From assembly GCF_006345805.1 (NCBI RefSeq), contig NC_043006.1:15004001-15068000 (forward strand): a stretch of DNA of 64,000 nt, written 5' to 3'. The stretch is from Octopus sinensis (taxonomy: Eukaryota). Position numbers and translations under genes: made by a program. The notes under the pieces are model-generated. The model did no database searches. It saw only the letters and a program-made list of their open reading frames with translations, and was not told the DNA's origin. Shown piece after piece: positions 1 to 12,253 of this stretch. Position 1 is the first letter of the stretch. Each line of letters begins with the position of its first letter.

Positions 1-31
1 GGGAATAAAATTTGGTAAAAAAAGTTTTGTA

Positions 32-208
32 AGGCGCAGGAGTGGCTGTGTGGTAAGTAGATTGCTTACTAACCACATGGTTCCGGGTTCAGTCCCACTG
101 CGTGGCACCTTGGGCAAGTGTCTTCTACTATAGCCTCGGGCCGACCAAAGCCTTGTGAGTGGATTTTGGTAGACGGAAACTGAAAGAAGCCCGTCATACA
201 TATGTATA

Positions 209-239
<31 letters not shown>

Positions 240-590
240 TATCTATATATATATATATATATAATATAATATATATATTATATGTGTGTGTGTGGTGTGT
301 GTGGTGTGTGTGGGTGTGTGATGTGTGTGTGTAGTGTGTGTATGTGTGTGTATGTGTGTGTGTGTGTGTATGTGTGCTTGTGTGTCTGAGTTTGCCTCCC
401 CAACATCGCTTGACAACCGATGCTGGTGTGTTTACGTCCCTGCAATTAGCGGTTCGGCAAAAGAGACCGATAGAGTAAGTACTAGGCTTACAAATAACAA
501 GTCCTGGGGTCGATCTGCTCGACTGAAGGCGGTACTCCAGCATGGGCTGCAGTCAAATGACTGAAACAAGTAAAAGAGTAAAGAGTAAGG
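32..590 (+). mobile_element. tRNA-derived SINE, family 1 (head GGCGCAGGAGTGGCTGTGTGGTAAG), with internal (TA)n/(TG)n microsatellite
   Basis: A-box-like TGGCTGTGTGG and B-box-like GGTTCAGTCCC; the same body recurs at 39036-39443, 52097-52562 and split at 26687/29624; tail GACTGAAACAAGTAAAAGAGTA. Confidence 0.9.
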
Positions 591-1150
591 GATTATAATA
601 CTATCCATGTATGAGAAACTCGCGTATTTTTTAACCTAATTTTTGACAAAAACGGGTTCTTTATACACCTTAAAAAAGGTGTGTTGTGTTTATTATGTAA
701 GCTCAAGGAAGTCAGTGAGTCACCAGAATCGTTAGAGCGTTGGAAAAATGCCTCGCACTATTTCTTCTGCATTTTCTCTACTTTCTGATTTCTAATCCCG
801 CTGCGGTCAACCTTATCTTTCACTCCTTCGGGGATTGATAAAATAAAGTACCAACCAAGAAATGGGATTGACTAACCATCTCCCATCAAAAAATTGCTGT
901 ATCTATGTCTAAATCAGAAACCACTACAATCTCAAAATCAGGGCGGTGGATTGGTACAATCGTTTGAGCGTAAAAGAAAATGCTTTGCATTATTTCTTCT
1001 GGCTTTTTACGTTTTGAGTTCAAATCCCGCCGAGGTCAACTTTGCCTTTCATTCTGTCGTAGCCGATAAAATAAGTCAAGTACTGGGACATGCCAGCCTT
1101 GTTCTTAAATTAGAAGCAATATCCTCTCAATATTTTAAGTTTTGTTTTAA

Positions 1151-1380
1151 GGCGGCGAGCTGGCAGAAACGTTAGCACGCCGGGCGAAATGCTCAGCAGG
1201 ATTTCATCTGTCGTTACGTTCTGGGTTCAAACACCGCCGAGGTCGACTTTGCCTTCCATCCTTTCGGGGTCGATAAATAAAGTACCAGTTGCGCACTGGG
1301 GTCGATGTAGTTGACTTAATCCCTTTGTCTGCCTTTGTTTGTCCCCTCTATGTTTAGCCCCTTGTGGGCAATAAAGAAAT
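1151..1380 (+). mobile_element. SINE, family 2 (head GGCGGCGAGCTGGCAGAAACGTTAGC)
   Basis: Matches copies at 10123, 23617 and 43236-43466; B-box-like GGTTCAAA; flanks share TTTTAAGTTTTGTTTT, a probable TSD. Confidence 0.85.
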
Positions 1381-2599
1381 ATGTTTTAAGTTTTGTTTTT
1401 ATGCAATAAATGTAAGCTTTGCTGCGTGGTATAGGCGTAGGCGTGGCTGTGTGGTAAGAAGCTTGCTTCCCAACCACATGGTTTCGGATTCAATGTCGCT
1501 ATGTGGTACCTTAAGCAAGTGTCGTCTACTTTAACTTTAGCTGCACAAATAAATAAATGGAATTTTACCAAGCAGGACACATTAATATAATTCTTCTTGA
1601 ATATTTTAACAGAGTAGGATGGAAGGAATTCATGTTGTCGCTATTGTAGCTAAGAATAGACTACGACTTCTAAGAATCACATGGAGCATAGTGGGGTCAT
1701 ATGGTTGGGTTGTAATTCATTTCTAATTCATTTATCTCTTTACCAACTACTAAATCTAAGACTAGAAGACTGTGTCTATTTTGAATAAAGGACAAGAGTG
1801 AGTTGACAGCTCGTGGCTAGGTATGGTAAAATATTATCATATATATATCCCTTTTCCTAGGGAGGAAATAAGACATTAGGAGTAGTCAACTGAAAATAAG
1901 TAACTGTCTACAAAAAGAGGTAGGGCAGGGAAAGAGTTTCAATCATGATGTTAATTACCAGTTAAAGGGGCAAAACGCTAAGAAACTTAAGATGTTAATA
2001 CAGAGGAAATTTTATTTCGGGGTACTATGGGGGAATGTTTATAAACAATATTGTTATATTATATAGAAATAAAATTTAAAATTTAAGAATTTCAAAAATG
2101 ATATCATAGTCAAAATAAGCAAAAGGTGTGTATATATATCAATTATAAACATTAAAAAGCAAGATTACATAGAATCATTTCAATATGCATTCATGTAATT
2201 AATTAATTACTTATTCGGTGGTTTCTATAAAGTCTGTTCAAGGCATTTACATATGGAGTAATTGAAAAGATATACATGCTGTCTATTAATTTTAAGCCAT
2301 GAATCAAAAAAGTGTAAAAAATGCACACAGATACGCACACCCACACACACACGCATATATATATATATATAATATATATATATATATAATATATATATAT
2401 ATATATGCATATATACACATACACAAATATTTATACGCTTATATGGATATAGTATAAATATCTCGCATAGACTTAAGTAACTGAAAAATAAGAAAAGAAA
2501 ATTAAGAAAAGAATAAGAAAAATAACAATTTATAAGAGATAAGGAATAATAAATAAGGATATCAAAATAAGAGTACAAAATAATAAAAATTTATAGAAA

Positions 2600-3357
2600 A
2601 TAATAAGAAATATATATAACTTACATAGAAAGAGACAGGAGATTAAAAGTAGAGGCAGGGGAAAGATAAAGGAGTGAATAATAGGTATGGAGGTAGTGGG
2701 GGTAGTTAAAGGTATTCAGACCGAAGAGATTTTATAAATTGTAATGTTACAGGTGTTTTTGTATGTATGATTTTATAGTTTCTAGGAGGCATATGATTTA
2801 GTCAAAAGGAGACTTACATAAATTCACCACAAGTATGATCAGTAGGGTAGAACATCACAGAAAGGGAAAAAGTGTAATCACCAAAATAGGATGCAGTCAG
2901 ACTAACTAGGCAAGGGTTATCTTGGGTTAGTATTACATATAGCACACCACATACCACAACACATAACATATAACATATGTAATGCAATATGATTCACCAT
3001 ATAACATATTATCCCATGATTTTTTTATATCTAATACTATAGGGTAAGTTTACAACGAATACGACACCAAAATTAATTTCCATCATCAAAGTTCAAGTAT
3101 GGTAACTATAATTGTTAGTTTCGAAAATACTTAAATGTACGAGTGACACTATGCACGCATGATACCCTTAGGTCTAATCTATTATTAATCAGATTGTTCT
3201 TTTCTCTATACTTAAAAATCTCATAAGTTTCCATAGAGCACAGCTCACACTCATATCGACTATCTCTATAAGGCAGCGATCTCCTCATTATATCCCATTT
3301 AAGGCTAAATCCGGTCCCGCTTGCTTTTAGTTCCCAAATCTTACTAGATAAAGACAT
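2600..3357 (-). pseudogene. Penelope-like element 3' fragment (C-terminus of GIY-YIG region plus pyrimidine-rich 3' UTR)
   Basis: ORF 3115-3357 (LSSKIWELK..FSLKWDI..CELC..E.YEI..NNR.DL..SCVH) resembles the PLE C-terminus and the 13401-13787 ORF (LSKYIWSLK..LKWEII). The low-coordinate boundary is approximate. Confidence 0.7.
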
Positions 3358-3582
3358 ACGATTAGCTTTATGTTTGAGTCAAAAAGATGAAAAATGGTTA
3401 TTGATACGCTTTTTCATATTTATCGATCATCCTATATATATATATAATTACCAGTTTCAGTCATGATTGTACATTTAAAAAATACGTTTTGGATTAAACA
3501 TTGACCTAATAACGGACAGTGGGATTTAACTGTACAGTTGCAACCGGGAGCATTACTACTATTAATATTATTGATATTCCTA

Positions 3583-3647
<65 letters not shown>

Positions 3648-3654
3648 TACTACA

Positions 3655-3687
<33 letters not shown>

Positions 3688-4157
3688 GGTAGTAGGGCAG
3701 TAACAATGGTAGTCAAAAAACTTCTAAGACAATATTTGGATTTAAAAGACATATGCTGGTTCACAAAAACATTCCTTCAGAATCAGATTCATAAGGGCAA
3801 AGATATGGAAGAAACTTGAATAATATCTGTCACTTGTGTTTTAACCCCTGCCAGTCAGAAGCTGGACTTAAAAGCTATTTAAGGGCTCATCAACGGAGCA
3901 ATTATGCTGTGTGATGGGGTGTGGTGTGTGTGTTGATGGTACGGCTATCATCTGACAAGATGAAGCAATCATATATACATACATACATACATGCATGCAT
4001 ACACACACACACATATATATATAGTAGAAATTTACAGAAAAAACAACAACAGACAAGTGTATTAGTTTGACGCTGGGAAAGTGAGAAAGTCTTTTACGTT
4101 TCGAGTCTACGCTTTTCAGAAAGAAATACGAGAAAATAAACACGAGAGAGAAAGAGG

Positions 4158-4256
<99 letters not shown>

Positions 4257-4409
4257 TATAATTAGGGCTTAGTAAAATAAATTACTTTGCCACATACTGA
4301 ACTTTCTAGAAATAGCAGCCAAAAAAATTTTTTTACCCATTTCCACTACTTTAAGAAAAAAATTCTCAAATGATCTTTGTACTTGTGATATTTTACTGTT
4401 TTACCTCCA

Positions 4410-4545
4410 TATGTGTGGACAATATCTTAATCTCTATGTTATTGATTGATCCCCCGTGTTCTTGTCGGCGTGTCTGTACAACACGCCGAACAAGAACACG
4501 GGGGATCAATCAATAACATAGAGATTAAGATATTGTCCACACATA
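4410..4545. repeat. Near-perfect inverted repeat (about 64-bp arms, 7-nt loop)
   Basis: TATGTGTGGAC...TCGGCGTGT (4410-4473) is the reverse complement of ACACGCCGA...GTCCACACATA (4481-4545) with one extra A. Confidence 0.95.
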
Positions 4546-5339
4546 GAACAGATGCAACAATTAGACAAATTACAGAAGTACACATATAATAGAAAATAAA
4601 CCTAGCCTGAATAGAAAACTAGAATGGAGCAATAGCGCACACCACAACATATGACAATAGTGGATCCTGCAAACATAATAAATACACAGGTAATTAAAGA
4701 AATAGAAATGAATATCTATATGTGTATGTATGTGTGTATATATGTATATATATGTATATGTATATGTATATGTATGTATATATATATATGTATATGTATA
4801 TATATATTTTTTCGATTAGATTTATATTATTATACTAATAGTTGTTATACATACATACAAGCATATATAATGATAATAATGGGTGGATGTAAAAACATGA
4901 ACAAAATTAGAACAAAAGCAACAACACCAAAAACAAAATACAAATTACAAGAATGTATAACCAGAAGATACAAATATTACAGCATCCCCCCCCCCCACAC
5001 ACACTAAATAAACATAGACGCACATAGAGATATAAGCATGCGCAAATGAAGACATACAATAGAAATACAAAATGGCTGCCGGTTAGTAAGGAGAGACACA
5101 AGTAAGTGAGAAAAAAACAAAGGACCATGATGATGCGGTCACAGGAGTGTGACGAAAGAACTTTGGCCGAAATAAGATTAAGATTAATGTAAAAAATAAA
5201 TATCACTGAAGCAAAATAACACCAAATATATAGTGCGTGTGTTTTTATTGGCTAAACTGGAAAATATGACCATTCCGAAATATAACAATATATATATATA
5301 TCTATATTATATATATATATATATATAATATATATATAT

Positions 5340-5371
<32 letters not shown>

Positions 5372-5405
5372 ATATATATAGATATGTTATATATGTATAT
5401 ATATG

Positions 5406-6050
<645 letters not shown>

Positions 6051-6447
6051 GATAGAATAAGTACTAGTCTTAAAAAAAAACTCCTGGGGTCGATTTGTTC
6101 GACTAAAACCTTTCAGGGCGGTGCCCCTGCATGGCCGCAGTCAAATGACTGAAACAAGTAAAAGACAAAAAGTAAAAAACAATAAATAATAACGTATTTG
6201 TTGATGTTATTTTGCAGTCAAGACGAGATTTTATAATTTAAGATTTCCCTGTACATGTACACAGCTAACAACTAACTTCTCTAAATTTTATCGTACCTGT
6301 TGATTGCAAAATACCTTAAGGAACAGTTGAACAAGCTCCTGAGTTCTGAGTCCTGAGTCCTGGGTCCTGAGTCCTGTGTCCTGACTCGTGATTAGACACC
6401 GTAAGGTGGGGCCCCTGATTTCATATATCCTTCATGCTAGTGTTGCT

Positions 6448-6448
6448 G

Positions 6449-6491
<43 letters not shown>

Positions 6492-6566
6492 ACCACCACC
6501 ACCACCACTACTACTGCCACCACCACCACCACCACCACCACTACTACTACTACAACTACTACTACA

Positions 6567-6616
<50 letters not shown>

Positions 6617-6657
6617 CACCACTACTACCACCACCACCACCACCACCACCACCACTA

Positions 6658-6717
<60 letters not shown>

Positions 6718-6769
6718 CACCACTACTACCACCACCACCACCACCACCACCACCACTACTACTACTACA

Positions 6770-6800
<31 letters not shown>

Positions 6801-6884
6801 TACTACTACTACTACCACCACCACCACCACTACTACCACCACCACCACCACCACCACCACCACCACACCACTACTACTACTACA

Positions 6885-6940
<56 letters not shown>

Positions 6941-7060
6941 GACCACCACCACCACCACCACTACTACTACTGCCACCACCACCACTACTACCACCACCAC
7001 CACCACCACCACCACTACTACCACCACCACCACCACCACCACCACCACTACTACTACAAC

Positions 7061-7096
<36 letters not shown>

Positions 7097-7259
7097 CACC
7101 ACTACTACCACCACCACCACCACCACCACTACTACTACTACAACTACTACTACTACTACTACTACTATTACCACCACGACCACCACGACCACCACCACTA
7201 CTACTACTGCCACCACCACCACTACTACCACCACCACCACCACCACCACCACTACTACA

Positions 7260-7294
<35 letters not shown>

Positions 7295-7358
7295 CACCAC
7301 TACTACCACCACCACCACCACCACCACCACCACCACCACTACTACTACTACTACAACA

Positions 7359-7390
<32 letters not shown>

Positions 7391-7392
7391 CA

Positions 7393-7426
<34 letters not shown>

Positions 7427-7427
7427 A

Positions 7428-7462
<35 letters not shown>

Positions 7463-7472
7463 AACTAGTACA

Positions 7473-7526
<54 letters not shown>
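6448..7526. repeat. Compound (CTA)n/(CCA)n trinucleotide array, about 1.08 kb
   Basis: Seen directly; it explains the poly-T/P/L/H/Y/V ORFs 6388-7542, 6434-7468 and 6833-7399. Confidence 0.98.
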
Positions 7527-7702
7527 GGTAGTAGGGCAGTAACAATGGTAGTATGTGATAAGTATTGTAAAGGTTAATGTAAAATTGTATGAGATAAGAT
7601 GATTCTTCAGTAATCATCCAAGACTAATGAGTGCAATCTGAAAGTTGCTACATCGGAATGGTGTGAACGGCAAGGCCGACAGCTTGATTGGTGCAATCAA
7701 GT

Positions 7703-8590
7703 GATGTTTCAGCCAGCCCCCGGCAAACAATACCATGAGCCTCAGATAAAAGTGAACGGACGGATCCTACGAGCGGTGGAAAACTTCACCTACCTGGGCA
7801 GCACTCTCTCCTGCAATGCCAACATAGATGCTGAAATCATCAACAGAATCTCCAAGGCAAGCAGCGCGTTTGGGAGACTGCGAAAGAAAGTCTGGGGGCG
7901 GAGAGGAATCAGCCTCAACACCAAGCTGAAAGTCTACCGGGCAGTCGTGCTTACCACCCTACTATACGGCTGCGAGACGTGGACTGCTTACCGAAGGCAC
8001 GAGCGCCAGATAAACCACTTCCACCTCAGGTGTCTTCGGAACCTCCTTCACATCCGCTGGCAGGACAAAGTCCCAGACACGGAAGTTCTGAAGCAGGCAG
8101 ATCTCCCTAGCACCATCACGATCATGTGCAAGGCCCAGCTGAGATGGGCAGGCCACGTCTCCCGCATGTCCGACACTCGCATCCCAAAACAGCTCTTCTA
8201 CGGTGAACTCAGCCAGGGCAAACGCAAAGTCGGAGGGCAGACGAAGCGCTTCAAAGACAGTCTCAAAGTCTCTCTCAAAGACTTCTCCATCGGCACAGAG
8301 ACTTGGGAGACACTTGCTGCCGACCGCTCATCCTGGCGCAGCGCAATCACCACAGGAGCAAAGACAGCCGAGGAGAGACGGATTCAGTCAGCAGAACAGA
8401 AACGCCAGATGCGGAAAGCCAGAGCCACCTGCACCAATAGCACAGCCCCTACCCATTTCTGCCCCACTTGTGGGAGGGGCTTTCTTGCCCGGATTGGCCT
8501 CACCAGCCACCTCCGGTTTCATAGCAGCAATTCCACCAAATGATGTCAATGGTGATCTTCGAACCCGAAGGACGAACATTATTATTATTA
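7703..8590 (+). mobile_element. 5'-truncated RTE-clade LINE (end of RT and C-terminal domain, 280-aa open frame)
   Basis: FTYLGSTLS..RISKAS.AFGRL..LKTKLKVYRAVVL.TLLYGCETW..QLRWAGHV.RM..RIPKQLFYGEL and a terminal CxxC-H zinc motif; (ATT)n tail at 8579-8590. Confidence 0.95.
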
Positions 8591-8613
8591 TATCCTTCAT
8601 GCTGCTGCTGCTG

Positions 8614-8649
<36 letters not shown>

Positions 8650-10118
8650 GTAGTAGTAGTAGTAGGGCAATATCAATGGTAGTATGTGATAAGTATTGTA
8701 AAGGTTAATGTAAAATCGTATGAGATAAGATGATTCTTCAGTAATCATCCAAGACTAATGAGTGCAATCTGAAAGTTGCTACATCGGAATGGTGTGAACG
8801 GCAAGGCCGACAGCTTGATTGGTGCAATCAAGTTGGGATATTTTAGTCTACGTGAAGATGGAATCCGTCGATGGAATCCTGACTGATTACTGATCTCAGC
8901 GCCAAACGTTTGTGACCGCCAGTTATAGTCATATTGCCGGTTCAAGTGGAATCGTCTGAATTCATTCCGGGTGAACAGCGAGACGAAACCTAGAATAAAT
9001 GGCATGAAGTCCGTCTTTTGCATAGATAAGGTATAGAAAAAAAATCCCAAATCCAACCGTCCCCGAATCAAAACTTTCACAAAAAGTAAATAGAAACGGA
9101 ACCTGTCGACATGTTCCAAGAGTTTTTATGGCTTTCCAAAGTTTTTCACTCAAGCTTGCTCCAAATGCTTGTTATTATTGTGTAAAGCAAAGAATTCTGT
9201 TACATGAGTAAGCATAATCCTAGAGGTACACAACAAAAATTGTGGAGGTACGTGAAGTTCGTAAAATCACCGGAATTTTATAGTAACCACAACCAACACA
9301 CCATAACCTTTGTCTAGAAAACGTGTGGGAAGTTTTATTGCTGTTCCTATCGATTAATCATTATGAACATATGTTTCCAGTATTGTTTATAGCAAAACAC
9401 AGATTTCGTTCAAAGCTGTCGATTGCGAATGTGACATTCTGAATATGTGAATGTATCTTTTTGAAACTGTTCCAACAATAGAGTTACGTGTTAGAAAATA
9501 TCAAACTAATAAACCATCTCGTTAAAGGTGTAACTTACGACTTGTTGGACGGCACAAGACTGCAACTGTTACATCTTGGGTGGGTGGAGGGAATATTCAG
9601 TTATATCGACTACAGTACTTGATTTTTTCCGCTCGCGGAAGAATTCAAAGTATTTAATACTCGTCTATTCAATAATATCCGGCTATTTTATGCAATGTTC
9701 TTCACGCAGCGTACACCAACATTGTCGAGTATAATGAAGGGGTTCGCCACTGGAAAAAAAGTACAACTCCTTGTGTAATGTGTCCGATGTCGTTGCTGTT
9801 TAAACTCATTGAACAATACTATAATCAAAGGCTTTCCCCCTAAGACCATTCAGTCTTTCATTTAATGTTTTGAAGTCAAGACAATGTGAGTAAACTTTGA
9901 TTTGGTTTCTATTTCTAACAAGTCGTGTGATCCTGCAGAGTTTCCCTTGAAACAGCAATCTTCCAAACCATGTTAGTTTACTATAAATCTGCCAAATTGT
10001 GCAGCACGAAACAATACATCAAAAAACTCTGTAGTTCATGTTAAATTTATGTAATAAGTCAACGCGCTGTTGGTCTATGTGTATTACTACATTTATATCA
10101 CCATAATTTACATGCCAT

Positions 10119-10710
10119 GTAAAGGCGGCGAGCTGGCAGAAACGTTAGCACACTGGGTGAAATGCGTAGCCGTATTTCATCTGCCGTTACGTTCTGAGTT
10201 CAAATTCCGCCGAGGTCGACTTTGCCTTTCATCCTTTCGATAAATAAAAGTACCAGTTACGCACTGGGGTCGATATAATCGACTTAATCCGTTTGTCTAT
10301 CCTTGTTTGTCCTCTCTGTGTTTAGCCCCCTGTGGGTAGTAAAGAAATAGGTATTTCGTCTGTCGTTACGTTCTGAGTTCAAATTCCGCCAAGGTCGACT
10401 TTGCCTTCCATCCTTTCGGGGTCGATAAATAAAAGTACCAGTTACGCACTGGGGTCGATGTAATCGACTTAATCCGTTTGTCTGTCCTTGTTTGTCCCCT
10501 CTATGTTTAGTCCCTTGTGGGTAATAAAGAAATAAGAAACGTTAGCACGCCGGGCGAAATACTTGGCGGTATTTCGTCTCTCTTTACGTTCTGAGTTGAC
10601 TTTACCTTTCATCCTTTCGGAGGTACGATAAATTAAGTACCTGTTACGTACTGGGGTAGACTGCCCCCCCCTCTCCCAAAATTTTGGGCCTTGTGCCTAA
10701 AGTAGAAAAG
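10119..10710 (+). mobile_element. Trimeric family-2 SINE composite with 14-bp TSD
   Basis: Three head-to-tail SINE units starting near 10123, 10351 and 10534; AATTTACATGCCAT at 10105-10118 and 10711-10724. Confidence 0.85.
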
Positions 10711-11199
10711 AATTTACATGCCATCAAATCTCACTAACCCTAATAATTTTGATTCTCGCCATTAGTACGCTCTTTATTATATTAACCGCGTACTTCTATA
10801 CTATTCATACTTCTATACTATTCATACTTCTATACTATTCATACACATTCTTCTATACTATTCATACAAAGGCTCCCACTCAGGGCCCTTCCTATCACAA
10901 AACGCTATTTATCTCTAGATTAATTTATGCCACCGCAAACCAGCACACGAACAATGCCCCTGACTGATTGGCGTACCGATGGCAAAAAATAAACGATAAA
11001 TATAAATAAAAAAAGGAAAGAAAAAGGCATCTTTATGCTTAGTAACACTAGTTCCTTTATTTAATCAGCGATCTTTGCAAGCCAGTTATTCATTCTGTCA
11101 TACTTGCTTTTCTTTTGGTGACAGCAGTACTCAACACCTTCACACATTTATAGTGACCGGCAAAATATTAAACGAACGATATATATATATATATATATA

Positions 11200-11800
11200 T
11201 ATCAATCATTAATGCCACTATTAACAGGTGCTAAACTTACAGGACAAAGAAAAGTAATTTCCTAGTCACATCCTACCTTATACAAAGCAAAGTTGTAGTG
11301 GCAGGAATGGGTATTAAAAATATCCTTATTTGCTGATAATTTTGTTATTCTCCTAGAAATACTTTTAGCAACCGATTTTAACACTTTAGGGATGTGATTT
11401 GATAATTTGCTCACGTATCTCGTAATTTCACCTGGTTTCCTATAGGGTTGGTATAATCCCGAGCTAATGTCTAAAGTAGTATCTAAAAAATTTGCTACCT
11501 GTGTGCCATATTCATACATAATACCTAAGTTGAAGCTTTAAGAAAATTTTCTAATTTTTTTTCTCATTCTTTCTATGACTGATTTGTTGTCGCTAGGGAT
11601 GATAAATAGAGCATCACCTCTATATAAACCTTCCTGCAATTCAGAGATTTCTCTGTTGAGGCACCTTAAAAGATACCCACCAACTAGATTAGTGATTTCA
11701 GCCGAATCACTCGAGCGCATAGCTATTTCGAAATTATCAGGGGTATCAGACCTCGTCCAAAGCTTACACTCAAATGTGTCCCACTGATTAAAAACATCCT
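11200..11800 (-). pseudogene. Penelope-like RT fragment
   Basis: DSAEITNLVG.YLL..GLYRGDAL (degenerate YRDD) and NFLDTTLD..Y.PYRKP..YVSKLSNH motifs in ORFs 11538-11720 and 11262-11519. Confidence 0.88.
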
Positions 11801-11808
11801 ATTTATTT

Positions 11809-11896
11809 ATGCAGCTGAGGATAGCCCTGCTTTTAAATTGATGTAATAAATGCATTATTCAATTAAATGGATCTGCTTGAAACTGTCGTACTGCAT
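11809..11896 (+). ncRNA. Minimal type-I hammerhead ribozyme motif
   Basis: Stem I ATGCAG(11809)/CTGCAT(11891); CTGAGGA 11815-11821; GAAA 11879-11882; stem III AC-TGTC-GT; GUA triplet with cleavage after 11890; stem II weak with a large loop. Confidence 0.7.
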
Positions 11897-11929
11897 CACC
11901 TCTGGATATCCTGTTGCTTATTTTGATTG

Positions 11930-11984
<55 letters not shown>

Positions 11985-12143
11985 ATATATATATATATAA
12001 TATATATATATATCAAAATAGTGTAAGAGATAGAAACACCCACGACTTCATCAACTCCGAACGGTATTAACTTAACCAAGCCATAAAATATTAAATATTA
12101 TACTTACTATTTATATTCATAATCCCCAAATTTTCCATATTAC

Positions 12144-12253
12144 GGATGACACGTGTTTCATGTCTTAACAATACCATACACGTATGGTATTATTAAGACA
12201 CAAAATCTTTTTCAAAAACTCGTTATGTTTACGCACTCCCAATCGTCAGGTCT
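12144..12253 (-). ncRNA. Degenerate hammerhead motif in the 3' pLTR
   Basis: Minus strand reads AGAC-CTGACGA-TT...AT-GAAA-CACGTG-TC; stem III is palindromic; stem I is imperfect. Confidence 0.45.

Noticed and set aside
5124-5168. Hammerhead-like CCA-TGATGA-TGCG-GTCACA-GGAG-TGTGAC-GAAA-GAACTT-TGG
   Set aside because: Core lacks C3, has a 4-nt insertion and only a 3-bp stem I; too degenerate to call, though it may be an old pLTR.
325-5206. Many short ORFs of VC/YI/MY repeats here and throughout the window
   Set aside because: Read-throughs of (TG)n, (TA)n, (TATG)n and (AGAT)n microsatellites.
6388-7542. 384-aa and 344-aa ORFs rich in T/P/L/H/Y
   Set aside because: Stop-free translations of a CTA/CCA triplet array; no evidence of coding function.
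8834-10080. Possible DNA-transposon remnant
   Set aside because: No transposase motif, TIR or TSD could be established by eye.
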